Shown: positions 10,080 through 19,391 of the stretch, in pieces
Position numbering within the stretch: the first letter of the stretch is position 1
How the letters are laid out: every line of letters begins with the position of its first letter
From: an uncultured Haloferula sp.
Lineage (GTDB): Bacteria; Verrucomicrobiota; Verrucomicrobiia; Verrucomicrobiales; Akkermansiaceae
Length of the DNA stretch: 64,000 nucleotides
Reading direction: 5' to 3'
NCBI GenBank assembly: GCA_965652295.1
Contig: CBFGTS010000007.1
Location: 1-64,000 of the forward strand
The notes under the pieces: model-generated
Told to the model about the DNA's origin: nothing
The model's database searches: none
Seen by the model: only the letters and a program-made list of their open reading frames with translations
Translations under genes and position numbers: made by a program

Positions 10080-10403
10080 ATGAGCAACGGCAATCGAAGA
10101 AGACCTGGCGGCAGAAGAGGCGGTGGCGGCCGCGGAAGACGTGGCGACAGCCGTGGACGCGGACGCAAGACCGCTGTGGACGAAAACAGCGAGGAAAAGG
10201 CCGTTGAAGTCGAAGGTGTGATCACCTCCGTGCTGGCGGGAACCCAATTCCGCGTTCAGCTGCCGAGCGGACATGAGGTCCTGGCTCATATTTCCGGAAA
10301 GATGCGCAAGCGTTTCATCCGTCTGGTCATCGGTGACCGGGTGAAGATGGAGATGTCGCCCTACGATGTGACCAAGGCTCGCATCACTTTCCGCCTGGGT
10401 TGA
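10080..10403 (+). CDS. infA: Translation initiation factor IF-1 with Arg/Gly-rich N-terminal extension
   Basis: VEVEG, LAHISGKMRKRFIR, GDRVKMEMSPYD...RITFR. Confidence 0.95.
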   Translation: MSNGNRRRPGGRRGGGGRGRRGDSRGRGRKTAVDENSEEKAVEVEGVITSVLAGTQFRVQLPSGHEVLAHISGKMRKRFIRLVIGDRVKMEMSPYDVTKARITFRLG

Positions 10404-10415
10404 CCTCCGCCAAAT

Positions 10416-10441
10416 CCCGCGGGCCATTGAAGGTCCGCGGG
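10416..10441. terminator. Hairpin between convergent infA and scpA
   Basis: CCCGCGGGCC/GGTCCGCGGG stem; no U-tract. Confidence 0.45.
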
Positions 10442-10445
10442 CGGT

Positions 10446-11219
10446 TCAAGCATCACCCTCGACGGTGATCTCATAATCGACCGGATGGGCCGCATGGCTG
10501 CGGCGTTCGATTTCGATCTCTCCGAAGACGCCCGTTTGGCGCAGGACGAACTGGTTCATCTTCATCAGTTCCAGCACGGCCAGGAAGGTGACGATCACCT
10601 CGGCCTTGGTGGCGGCATCGGCGAAAAGCGCATCGAAACGCTCCGACTGACCAGAGCCAAAACGGGTCAGAAGCATCTCGATCTTGTCCGCGACAGTGTA
10701 GCGGTCGTCGACGATGTCGCCGAGATCATGGCTTTCCTCGAAGCGCTTGAGGACGTTCTGGAATGCCCGGATGAGGTCGAAAATCGAGACCTCAGCGAGA
10801 GGCGGCGGTTCGGGATCGACTTCGGGTTTCTCCGGCTGGAGGGCGAAGCGGCCTTCCTGCTCGACCTCGCGGACACTGAGGAAAGAGGCGGCGTCCTTGA
10901 ATTTCTTGTACTCGATCAGCTGGCGGATCAGGTCCCAGCGCGGATCGTCCTCCTCGACGTCTTCCTCCGGCGGCTGTTCCTGACGCGGCAGGAGGGTCCG
11001 GCTTTTGAGATACATCAGGTTGGCGGCCATCACGATGAACTCGGCCGCCAGGTCGATGTTCAACAGACGGAAGGTCTCGATGTACTTCAGGTATTGGCTG
11101 GTGATCCGGGCGAGGGAAATATCCTGGATGTCCACCTCGTCCTTTTTGATGAGGTAAAGCAGCAGGTCGAGGGGCCCTTCAAAGATCTCGAGCCGCACCT
11201 TGTAGTCATCGCCGTCCAC
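10446..11219 (-). CDS. scpA: Segregation and condensation protein A
   Basis: FEGPLDLLLYLI, EFIVMAA, KSRTLLP, TFLAVLEL; GTG start chosen. Confidence 0.92.
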   Translation of the reverse strand: MDGDDYKVRLEIFEGPLDLLLYLIKKDEVDIQDISLARITSQYLKYIETFRLLNIDLAAEFIVMAANLMYLKSRTLLPRQEQPPEEDVEEDDPRWDLIRQLIEYKKFKDAASFLSVREVEQEGRFALQPEKPEVDPEPPPLAEVSIFDLIRAFQNVLKRFEESHDLGDIVDDRYTVADKIEMLLTRFGSGQSERFDALFADAATKAEVIVTFLAVLELMKMNQFVLRQTGVFGEIEIERRSHAAHPVDYEITVEGDA

Positions 11220-11330
11220 GCGCGCTTGCGTAGGGAATGGAACCGCGGCGCGCGAGGGAAATTTGGCCTCGCCTGATGTGGTCGGGAGGGGGTGTAATCC
11301 GCGCGGCCTCCCAAAGGGCCTGTATTTTCC

Positions 11331-12953
11331 ATGGACGCCGACCACGCCAACGCATTCCAGCAACGCCTCAATCAATGGATCGCCAGCCAGGGGTTCTGGT
11401 TCCAGCTACGCCATTCGCTTTCAGGCGGGGGAAATTGGTCGAGCATCTTTTTCCACCTCCTGGGTCTGGGTGCCCGGGTCGGAATCGGTCTCATCCTGCT
11501 GCTTCTGGTGGTGGGCGTGGTGCTGGTGAAGCGGGTGGATTCGACGACTTTCGTTGACAATCTCGAGGAGAAACTGGGCGTGTTCTTCCACACCGAGGAA
11601 ACGGAAATTTCCGGCTTCACCCGGACCGGCAGCGAGGCATCGATCCACCGTCTCGGGGCGGTGGGTGGTGGTGCCAGCTTCTTCCGCTCGCTGGAGGCCC
11701 GGAACGTCCGCTTCCGCATGGGTATGCTGGATGGCTTGGTCGGCACGTGGGACCTCGAGATGCTGGATGCCAACAGCATCGACGTCGAAATCCGCTCCGG
11801 GCTCTCGTCGACGGAGGACGTGGAGGCAGTGGTGGGTCAGATTTTCGAAATGCCTGCGGGTGTGGAGCTTCAGGGAATCCGCGTAGCCCAAGCCCGGTTG
11901 ACCTGGGGCTACTATGAACGCGCCTTTGGCGGGATCGAGGGAAGCCAGCTGACGATGATCCGCAACGGCGTGAACTGGCGCTGCACGTTCAAGGGGGGAA
12001 CGTTTTCGCAGAACTGGCTGCGCGGACTTGAGATCGAAGAACTGGTGGTGATGGTCACCCCGCAGGGGGTCAAGATCGAGCGCGGCAAGCTGCTTGCGGG
12101 AGAAGGGTCGGCGGAATTCCGCGACGTGGAGATCACGGGGGCGGAGCTCCCGCGCCCGACGGGGAGTCTGGTGCTCACCCGCTTTCCGCTCGCACGGCTG
12201 ATGCCGGCCAACGCGGCCTCGATGATGGAAGGAAGGGTCTCGGGAGAATTGGAGCTCGGGGGATCCACCAACTCGTCCGACGGCATCACCCTCCAGGGCC
12301 AGCTGAACCTCGATGGCTCCGACTATCTGGTTTTGCGCGACGACTTCCGGGTTCTGGAGGCTTTGTCGGTGGTGGACTACTACCGGTCCTACAAGCGGGT
12401 CGAATTCGATACGGGAACCTTCCGCCTCAAGACCGGTGGCGGGACGCTGGAGATCTCCGACATCGACCTGAGCTCCAAGGAGCTGATGACCGTGGAGGGT
12501 GATTTGACCGTCCGGCGTCCAACGGACGAGGAGATCGCGAAAATGATCGGCCCGGCGGGGCAGGCCATGGCGGTCGGAGTGAATCCGATGGGCGACGATT
12601 TTTCCGCTGCGACCAATGTTTCCCTGAAGAATGCGGCCAAGGCTGCCAATTCGGATGAGGAGGATCGGGCGGAGAAGGGGGTCGCGGACGAGAACATCGC
12701 GTTCTACGAGGAGCTGGATCAGGAACGGAGGCTGCGCCGTGAGGCGATGGACCGGGCCCGCGGGTTGTATTTCTTCTCGGGGAAAGTCCGCTTGGGCATT
12801 CCCGGCGACGCGTTTGAACGGTCCGAGGCGCTCAGCAAGCGTTTCCCTGTGGATCCGGCGACGCAGCGCATCCCGCTGGATATCCCGCTCGAAGGGGGCT
12901 TGAACGATCTGGGCACCGAGGTTGCCGGCGAGCTGCTGGACGCGCTGCGGTAA
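11331..12953 (+). CDS. Membrane-anchored beta-rich protein (AsmA-like)
   Basis: 540-aa ORF with host-like codon usage, one N-terminal TM helix, beta-strand-rich body. Confidence 0.6.
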   Translation: MDADHANAFQQRLNQWIASQGFWFQLRHSLSGGGNWSSIFFHLLGLGARVGIGLILLLLVVGVVLVKRVDSTTFVDNLEEKLGVFFHTEETEISGFTRTGSEASIHRLGAVGGGASFFRSLEARNVRFRMGMLDGLVGTWDLEMLDANSIDVEIRSGLSSTEDVEAVVGQIFEMPAGVELQGIRVAQARLTWGYYERAFGGIEGSQLTMIRNGVNWRCTFKGGTFSQNWLRGLEIEELVVMVTPQGVKIERGKLLAGEGSAEFRDVEITGAELPRPTGSLVLTRFPLARLMPANAASMMEGRVSGELELGGSTNSSDGITLQGQLNLDGSDYLVLRDDFRVLEALSVVDYYRSYKRVEFDTGTFRLKTGGGTLEISDIDLSSKELMTVEGDLTVRRPTDEEIAKMIGPAGQAMAVGVNPMGDDFSAATNVSLKNAAKAANSDEEDRAEKGVADENIAFYEELDQERRLRREAMDRARGLYFFSGKVRLGIPGDAFERSEALSKRFPVDPATQRIPLDIPLEGGLNDLGTEVAGELLDALR

Positions 12954-12962
12954 AGTCTGTCG

Positions 12963-13877
12963 TCAGGCCAGCTTGCGAACCGGGCCGAGGCCGAGGCTGG
13001 CGTAGATTTCGCGCGTCGCGGCGCTCTTGTTGAGCGTGTAGAAGTGGATTCCATCCACCTGGTGGTCGAGCAGCTCGGCGCACTGCTGCGCGGCGTAGTG
13101 GACGCCGACCCTTTCGACGGCGACGGGGTCGTTGCCCGCCCGTTCCAAAGCGCGCAGGAGCTTCGCGGGAAAACGGGCACCGGCGGCGAGTTCGGCCATT
13201 CGTTTCATGCTGCCGAGCGTCGTCACCGGCATGATGCCGGCGAGGATGGGCACCTCGATCCCGGCCAGGCGGCAGCGTTCGCGGAAGTCGAAGAAGTCGT
13301 GGTTGTCGAAGAAGAGCTGGGTACAGATGTAGTCCGCGCCGGCGTCGATCTTCGCCTTGAGGTGATCGAGTTCCATCAGCCGGTTCGGGGTCGCGGGATG
13401 TCCTTCGGGGAAACCAGCCACGCCGATCCCGAAGCCGCGGGGGTCGGGATGGCGTCCGCTTTCATTGAAACGCTGGATGAAGCGCACCAGATCGGACGCG
13501 TAGGCAAAGGAGGAATCCCGCCAGTCGTAGTCCGGCCAGTCCCGCGGCGGATCACCGCGCAGGGCGAGAATGTTGGAGACGCCCGCCTCGGCGTAGCGCT
13601 GGAGAATGGCATCGACCTCGGCTTCGTCGTGGCCCACGCAAGTCAGGTGGGGGATGGGTGGGATGCCGGTGGTTTCCTTGATCCTGAGGACCAGCTCGTG
13701 GGTCGCTTCGCGGGTGGTGCCCCCCGCTCCGTAGGTGACGGAGACGAAGGAGGGGTCGTAAGGCTCCAGCTCGACGATGGTGCGATAGAGCTCCTCCCAG
13801 GCGGCGTCGGATTTCGGCGGGAAAAATTCGAAGGAGAGCGACGGGCGACGCTTTTGGAGGATGTCCTGGATATGCAT
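12963..13877 (-). CDS. metF: 5,10-methylenetetrahydrofolate reductase
   Basis: SFEFFPPK, SVTYGAGG, HLTC, ALRGD, TQLFFD, HFYTLN. Confidence 0.96.
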   Translation of the reverse strand: MHIQDILQKRRPSLSFEFFPPKSDAAWEELYRTIVELEPYDPSFVSVTYGAGGTTREATHELVLRIKETTGIPPIPHLTCVGHDEAEVDAILQRYAEAGVSNILALRGDPPRDWPDYDWRDSSFAYASDLVRFIQRFNESGRHPDPRGFGIGVAGFPEGHPATPNRLMELDHLKAKIDAGADYICTQLFFDNHDFFDFRERCRLAGIEVPILAGIMPVTTLGSMKRMAELAAGARFPAKLLRALERAGNDPVAVERVGVHYAAQQCAELLDHQVDGIHFYTLNKSAATREIYASLGLGPVRKLA

Positions 13878-13924
13878 GGCGGAGCGGGGAAGAGTCTTTC
13901 AGCCGCCGCGCGCTCGACGCCAAC

Positions 13925-13958
13925 AAAAAAGCCCGGAGGCGGTCCGCAACCCCCGGGC
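13925..13958 (-). terminator. Terminator-like hairpin upstream of metF
   Basis: Minus strand GCCCGGGGG/CCTCCGGGC stem followed by TTTTTT. Confidence 0.5.
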
Positions 13959-14017
13959 GGGCGCGGGGTTTTTCCCGACGTCCCTCCCTCCCTCGGTTAC
14001 AAGAGGCGGAATCCACC

Positions 14018-14764
14018 ATGAAGATGCGATACACTTTCGGGCTGGCGCTGCTTTGCGTGGCTCCCTTGCTCGGTGAGGATGAAGGTCGGCCGGGGCCGCC
14101 TCCTGAGGATGGTCGCGGCGGTCACGGTCGCAGGCCGATGGGCGACTTCATCCGGAAGGCCGACGCCAATGGCGACGGCAAGGTCTCGCGGGAAGAGTTC
14201 GACCGGCTCGACCGCCTCTCCGAGTTGCCGGAAGAGAAGCGGACGAAGCTCTTCAGCCGTCTGGACCGGAATGACAACGGCTCGATCGAAGGCGACGAAT
14301 TGAAGCTTCCGCCGCATGGTTTCCGGGGCCCCGGTCCGCTACCCGACCTGCGTGAACTGGATGAAAACAAGGACGGTGCGATCAGTTTCGAAGAGTTCGT
14401 CAAAGGTCGCTTCGTGGCCAAGCTGCCGGCGGAGAAGCAGCGGAAGTTCTTTGACCGTCTCGATACCGACAAGGACGGCCGGTTGACTCCGAAGGATCAT
14501 CGCCCGCGCGGAGGACCTGGCCGGATGTTCCGTCGCCTCGATGACGACGATAATGGCGCGTTGACCTTCGAGGAGTTCGTCAAGGCTCCGTGGATTTCCA
14601 AGCTGGGTGAAGACGCTCGGAAGGAGCGCTTTGAGAAGCTCGATGCGAACGGGGACGAGAAGATCCGGTGCGACGAATGGGAGCGCGGGAATGATACCAG
14701 AAAAGGGCCGCCCCCGCCTCCTCCCGGCGATGGGCCGCCACCGATGGGCGAAGAGAGGGAGTGA
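14018..14764 (+). CDS. Secreted multi-EF-hand protein
   Basis: Signal peptide; six DxxxDG/NG-type loops such as DANGDGKVSREEF and DENKDGAISFEEF. Confidence 0.85.
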   Translation: MKMRYTFGLALLCVAPLLGEDEGRPGPPPEDGRGGHGRRPMGDFIRKADANGDGKVSREEFDRLDRLSELPEEKRTKLFSRLDRNDNGSIEGDELKLPPHGFRGPGPLPDLRELDENKDGAISFEEFVKGRFVAKLPAEKQRKFFDRLDTDKDGRLTPKDHRPRGGPGRMFRRLDDDDNGALTFEEFVKAPWISKLGEDARKERFEKLDANGDEKIRCDEWERGNDTRKGPPPPPPGDGPPPMGEERE

Positions 14765-14798
14765 GTCCCGCTTTCGACCTGCCGGAAAGAGGGATGGC

Positions 14799-16775
14799 TT
14801 ACTTGTAGGAGCGGACCGAGGGCTGGACCGTTTCCCACTGCAGCACTTCCTTGTGATGCACCGGGGTTTCCCCCACGCCCTTGAATTCCCAGGCGGAGAC
14901 GTGGCAGAAGTCGTCGTCGTGGCGCTTCGCCTCGCCAGGTGAAAGGTAGCCGGACTGCACCTCGGGATCGGCCTCGGTGTACTGATGCTCCTCCCGGAAG
15001 TGGCCGCCGCAGGACTCTTCGCGCTCGCGCGCATCGAGACACATCATCTCGCCGAATTCGAGGAAATCGGCCACCCGGCCGGCTTTCTCGAGTTCCATGT
15101 TGAGGGCGTTGCCGGTGCCGGTGACGCGCACGTTCTGCCAGAACTCCTCGCGGATCTGCGGGATCTTCTCGAGGGCTTCGGTGAGGCCTTCGCGGTTGCG
15201 GGCCATGCCGCACTTGTCCCACATCGTGAGCCCCAGCTCGCGGTGGAAGGAGTCGACGGTGCGCTTGCCGTTGATGGAAAGCAGCGTCTTGGTCCGCTCG
15301 GTGACGTCCTCGACCGCTTTCTTGAACTCCGGATGCTCGGTGGTGATCGAGCCGGGTTTCTGCGTGGCGAGGTAGACGGCCACTGTCGAGGGGATCACGA
15401 AATAGCCATCGGCGAGCCCTTGCATGAGGGCGGAGGCACCGAGGCGGTTTGCACCGTGGTCGGAGAAATTCGCCTCTCCCAGCACGTGCAGGCCGGGGAG
15501 GTTGGACATCAGGTTGTAGTCCACCCACAGGCCACCCATGGTGTAGTGGACGGCGGGATAGATCTGCATCGGCAGCTTGTAGGGATTGGTGCCGGCGATC
15601 TTCTCATACATGGTGAAAAGGTTGCCGTAGCTGGAGCGGATCTTGTCCTCGCCGAGGCGCTTGATGGAGTCCCGGAAATCGAGGAACACGCCGAGCCCGG
15701 TCGGAGCCACGCCGCGGCCTTCGTCGCAGACTTCTTTCGCGGAGCGGGAGGAGATGTCGCGCGGCGAGAGGTTGCCGAAGGACGGGTACTTCCGCTCGAG
15801 GTAGTAGTCGCGCTGGTCATCCGGAACGCTGTTCGGATCGAGCTGGCCGGTACGGATCTTCTCCGCGGTTTCCTGCGACTTCGGTACCCAGATGCGCCCG
15901 TCATTGCGGAGCGATTCGGACATCAGGGTGAGCTTCGACTGGTAGTCGCCGCTGACCGGAATGCATGTCGGGTGGATCTGGGTGTAGCAGGGGTTGGCGA
16001 AAAACGCGCCCTTCTTGGCGGCGCGCCAGGCGGCGGTGACGTTGCAGCCCATCGCGTTGGTCGAGAGGAAGAACACGTTGCCGTAGCCGCCGGTGGCGAG
16101 CAGGACGGTATCGCCCGCGTGCGAGGAAATCTCGCCGGTGACCATGTCGCGGACGACGATGCCCTTGGCGTGGCCGTCGACCGTGACGAGGTCGAGCATC
16201 TCGGTGCGCGGGTACATTTCCACGCCGCCGTTGGCGATTTCCTTGTTGAGCGCCTGATAGCAGCCGATCAGGAGCTGCTGACCGGTCTGGCCGGCGGAGT
16301 AGAACGTGCGCTTCACCTGCGCCCCACCGAACGAGCGGTTGTCGAGCAGACCACCGTACTCACGGGCGAAAGGCACGCCCTGCGCGACGCATTGGTCGAT
16401 GATGTTGTTGGAGACCTCGGCGAGGCGGTAGACGTTCGCCTCACGCGAACGGAAGTCGCCGCCCTTGATGGTGTCGTAAAACAGCCGGTAAACCGAGTCG
16501 CCGTCGTTCTGGTAGTTCTTGGCGGCGTTGATCCCGCCCTGGGCGGCGATCGAGTGGGCGCGGCGGGCGCTGTCCTGATAGCAGAAGCACTTCACCTTGT
16601 AGCCCAGCTCCGAGAGCGTGGCGGCGGCGGCACCGCCGGCGAGGCCGGAGCCGACGACGAGAATCGTGTATTTCCGCTTGTTGGCCGGGTTGATGAGCTT
16701 CGAGTCCTGCTTGTGCTTCGACCATTTCTGATCGAGCGGACCGGACGGGGTCTTGCTGTCGAGGATGCTGGACAT
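14799..16775 (-). CDS. sdhA: Succinate dehydrogenase/fumarate reductase flavoprotein subunit
   Basis: [45 protein letters not shown]. Confidence 0.96.
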   Translation of the reverse strand: MSSILDSKTPSGPLDQKWSKHKQDSKLINPANKRKYTILVVGSGLAGGAAAATLSELGYKVKCFCYQDSARRAHSIAAQGGINAAKNYQNDGDSVYRLFYDTIKGGDFRSREANVYRLAEVSNNIIDQCVAQGVPFAREYGGLLDNRSFGGAQVKRTFYSAGQTGQQLLIGCYQALNKEIANGGVEMYPRTEMLDLVTVDGHAKGIVVRDMVTGEISSHAGDTVLLATGGYGNVFFLSTNAMGCNVTAAWRAAKKGAFFANPCYTQIHPTCIPVSGDYQSKLTLMSESLRNDGRIWVPKSQETAEKIRTGQLDPNSVPDDQRDYYLERKYPSFGNLSPRDISSRSAKEVCDEGRGVAPTGLGVFLDFRDSIKRLGEDKIRSSYGNLFTMYEKIAGTNPYKLPMQIYPAVHYTMGGLWVDYNLMSNLPGLHVLGEANFSDHGANRLGASALMQGLADGYFVIPSTVAVYLATQKPGSITTEHPEFKKAVEDVTERTKTLLSINGKRTVDSFHRELGLTMWDKCGMARNREGLTEALEKIPQIREEFWQNVRVTGTGNALNMELEKAGRVADFLEFGEMMCLDAREREESCGGHFREEHQYTEADPEVQSGYLSPGEAKRHDDDFCHVSAWEFKGVGETPVHHKEVLQWETVQPSVRSYK

Positions 16776-16781
16776 GGCGTT

Positions 16782-17489
16782 TTAGCGGCCGAAGCCGAAG
16801 ACGAGGATGGAGAGGGGAATCGAGATGAAGCCGAGGAAGATCACGACGGCGTAGCCGATGCTGAGCACACGCAGCATCGGAGCGCTTTTCTGCGAGCGGA
16901 ACCCGAGGGTCTGGAACATCGACTGCACACCGTGGCTGATGTGGGAGCAGAGGAGCCCCATGGCGATCACGTAGAAGAGAACCGTCAGAGGGTTGGTGAA
17001 ACCTTTGATGACCATCCCCCAGGCATCGAAACGCTCGGGGTTGAGCGGGTCCTGGAAATCGGCCTCCGGGTAGCTGACGCGCACGGTGAAGTGCAGCAGG
17101 TGGAAGATGATGAAGGCGAGGATCGTGAGACCGGTCCAGATCATGATCAGCGACGACTTCGAGGCCTGGATGGTGGCTTTGTGCTCATATGCCTCACGGG
17201 CGGCGCGGTTCTGGCGTGCCAGCGAAATGGTGGCCGCCACGTGGATGACCAAGCAGGTCAGCAGGACGAGCCGGGCGATCCAGACGCCGGCACCGTGGAG
17301 CATGTGATGGAGGAACTCGGCGTAGTCGTTGAACGCCTCGCGCCCGACGAAGACCAGCAGGTTGCCGGCGAGGTGGCCGGCGAGGAAGAGGGTCAGGACC
17401 ACGCCGGTCAGGGCGACGAGGAATTTCCTCCCGATGGTCGAGGACCAGATGCGGCTGACGATGGGGAAACCGGAGGCTGAGCTGCTCAT
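16782..17489 (-). CDS. sdhC: Succinate dehydrogenase cytochrome b subunit (b558 type)
   Basis: SSTIGRK..ALTG, five TM helices with His ligands, SMFQTLG; directly upstream of sdhA. Confidence 0.92.
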   Translation of the reverse strand: MSSSASGFPIVSRIWSSTIGRKFLVALTGVVLTLFLAGHLAGNLLVFVGREAFNDYAEFLHHMLHGAGVWIARLVLLTCLVIHVAATISLARQNRAAREAYEHKATIQASKSSLIMIWTGLTILAFIIFHLLHFTVRVSYPEADFQDPLNPERFDAWGMVIKGFTNPLTVLFYVIAMGLLCSHISHGVQSMFQTLGFRSQKSAPMLRVLSIGYAVVIFLGFISIPLSILVFGFGR

Positions 17490-17609
17490 GTTCTAAAAAT
17501 CCGGGGTCGGACTTCGGGTTGCTGGACGATTAGAAAGTGGGAAGGGGTGGCGCAAGGGGAGAGTCCGGACGTAGCGGAAATTGCGGTGCTTCCGGCAAAT
17601 GGGGCGGAT

Positions 17610-17933
17610 TCAGAAGGGTTTCGCGAGGCCCAGCCAGGCGGCACCGAGGCCGCAGGCGAGCACGATCAGGAGGACGATCGACTTCGGAAGCCGCTTGGTC
17701 AGGGCCGGGGCGGCACCGAGCACCAGCCAGAGCCCCAGTTTCACCATCCACCAGTACTGGCCCATCGGCGGCTTCTTCAGCATCGCGAAGCCGACCAGGA
17801 GGACGAGGACCAGCGAGATCCCATGGAGGATCGCGGCCGGCTTCTTCTGGCCACCGAGGCAGACCGCGCCGAGGGCGGTGAAAACCCCGAAGGCGGCGGC
17901 GATGTGGAGCGACTTGAGGAGGAAAGGATCCAT
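17610..17933 (-). CDS. Small four-helix membrane protein
   Basis: LKSLH, LHG, WWMVKLGLW, KPF end; -10-like box 7 nt upstream of the ATG. Confidence 0.7.
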   Translation of the reverse strand: MDPFLLKSLHIAAAFGVFTALGAVCLGGQKKPAAILHGISLVLVLLVGFAMLKKPPMGQYWWMVKLGLWLVLGAAPALTKRLPKSIVLLIVLACGLGAAWLGLAKPF

Positions 17934-18126
17934 GGCCGCGAATCTGTCAGCCGAGCCGGTTGCGGCAAGCCAAACCGCCCGCTCGTTCGCTGCTCGGGAA
18001 GCTGGCTTGACATCCCGCGGGGTGCGCGTAGATGGCAGCGTAACGATCTGGATTCCGAAGGGCCGTGAAGGGAGGTTGGGTAAACCTCTGGTCGCCGAGG
18101 AGTCGGATCGGGCACGACCGCCCCAC

Positions 18127-18741
18127 ATGATTCATCCAGCGACGGAGCTCCGGCTCGTCAACCCGCAGGTCGGCTACGGCGTTTTCGCCAGCCGCTTCAT
18201 TCCCATGGGATCTCTCGTTTACGTGAAGGACCCGTTGGAAATCCACCTCAGCCCCGAGCGCTACGCCTCACTCGACGAGGAAAGCCGCAAGGTGGCCGAA
18301 AAATACTCGTTCATCGAGCCGGGCGGAAATCGCGTCCTCAGCTGGGACTCGGCGAAGTATGTCAATCACTCCTGCCGCCCGAACACGATGAGCACCGCGT
18401 GGGGCTTCGAGATCGCCGTGCGCGACATCGAGGCGGGGGAGGAGATCACCGACGAATACGGGCTCTTCAACCTCGAGTGGGAGATGGACTGCTGCTGTGG
18501 TCATTCCGGCTGCCGCGGCATCATTCGCGCGAGTGATGTCCATCGCTTCGTTCGGAACTGGGACAAGCGGGTGAGGGACGCGTTACGCCGTCTCGGAGAG
18601 GTCGATCAACCCTTGCTGGCTTTCGTGGATCCGGACACGCGGCGTGCCATCGACGGGCTCGTGGCGGGTCGCCTCCGCTATCGTTCCGTGCGTCGTTTGA
18701 TTCTGCCCGGCGTCGCGCTGGAAGCCCCGGCGGTGGCTTGA
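18127..18741 (+). CDS. SET domain protein (putative lysine methyltransferase)
   Basis: GYGVFA, YVNHSCRPN, RDIEAGEEITDEY, post-SET CCCGHSGCRG. Confidence 0.9.
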   Translation: MIHPATELRLVNPQVGYGVFASRFIPMGSLVYVKDPLEIHLSPERYASLDEESRKVAEKYSFIEPGGNRVLSWDSAKYVNHSCRPNTMSTAWGFEIAVRDIEAGEEITDEYGLFNLEWEMDCCCGHSGCRGIIRASDVHRFVRNWDKRVRDALRRLGEVDQPLLAFVDPDTRRAIDGLVAGRLRYRSVRRLILPGVALEAPAVA

Positions 18742-18794
18742 TTGCGGGGTTTTCGGGCTGAGGCAGAGGCCGTTAAAAATTCTTCAAATAGATG

Positions 18795-18823
18795 TTGCGT
18801 CCTCAGGATCGGCCTCCTAGCGT
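18795..18823 (+). promoter_or_regulatory. Sigma70-type promoter of tRNA-Asp
   Basis: TTGCGT-17 nt-TAGCGT with AT-rich upstream sequence. Confidence 0.6.
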
Positions 18824-18853
18824 CCGCGCACGCCGCAAGGCGACCGACCTAGT

Positions 18854-18930
18854 GGAGCGGTAGTTCAGTTGGTTAGAACGCTGCCCTGTCACGGCAGAGG
18901 TCGCGGGTTCGAGTCCCGTCCGCTCCGCCA
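18854..18930 (+). tRNA. tRNA-Asp(GTC)
   Basis: GGAGCGG/CCGCTCC acceptor stem, CTGCC-CTGTCAC-GGCAG anticodon arm, GGTTCGAG, CCA. Confidence 0.97.
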
Positions 18931-19189
18931 CTTTCTTAGAAAAAAGCCGCCTGCAAAGGCGGCTTTTTCGTGTCCGGGTTGGCGTGGTCCCTGGACGAGA
19001 CGAGAACCCCGCCGAGGCCGCGCGGAGCGTGGCACGAGGCGACCGGGTTCGAATGCTCCCTGCCGACCACCGGGAGGCCCTTGTCGGATCCGCGCGCAGC
19101 GCGGCCGACCGGCATGGCCGGAGGCAATTCCGTCCGCTCCGCCACTTTTTTAGAAAAAAGCCGCCTGCAAAGGCGGCTTTTTCGTGTCC
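18916..19189 (+). repeat. Direct repeat of tRNA-Asp 3' end plus terminator around a structured spacer (RtT/tRNA-linked-repeat-like)
   Basis: 18916-18975 and 19130-19189 match at 59/60 nt; period 214 bp. Confidence 0.9.
18940..18968 (+). terminator. Intrinsic terminator of tRNA-Asp (second copy at 19154-19182)
   Basis: AAAAAGCCGCCT-GCAA-AGGCGGCTTTTT. Confidence 0.85.
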
Positions 19190-19391
19190 CGTCGCTTCGT
19201 GGTCTCCGCAGTGCTTTTGCCGGCGGGAGAGCAGCCGGGCCCCGCACGACCTCCTGCCGCCTCCTCAAGTCGCCGCGCTGCTCCCCTCCGTCACGGCGGT
19301 CGATGCCCGCCGCTCCTTTGGAGAATGGAGCACTTTTGAAGGATCACATAGAAGGGTTGGCGGTTCGGGCCTGTTGCGTACCATGCGCCGC

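Noticed and set aside
14985..17480. 831-aa plus-strand ORF
   Set aside because: Antisense shadow of sdhCA.
18984..19391. Long N-terminal extension of the kinase-like ORF
   Set aside because: Runs through the tRNA repeat and terminator; a promoter-like signal supports ATG 19392.
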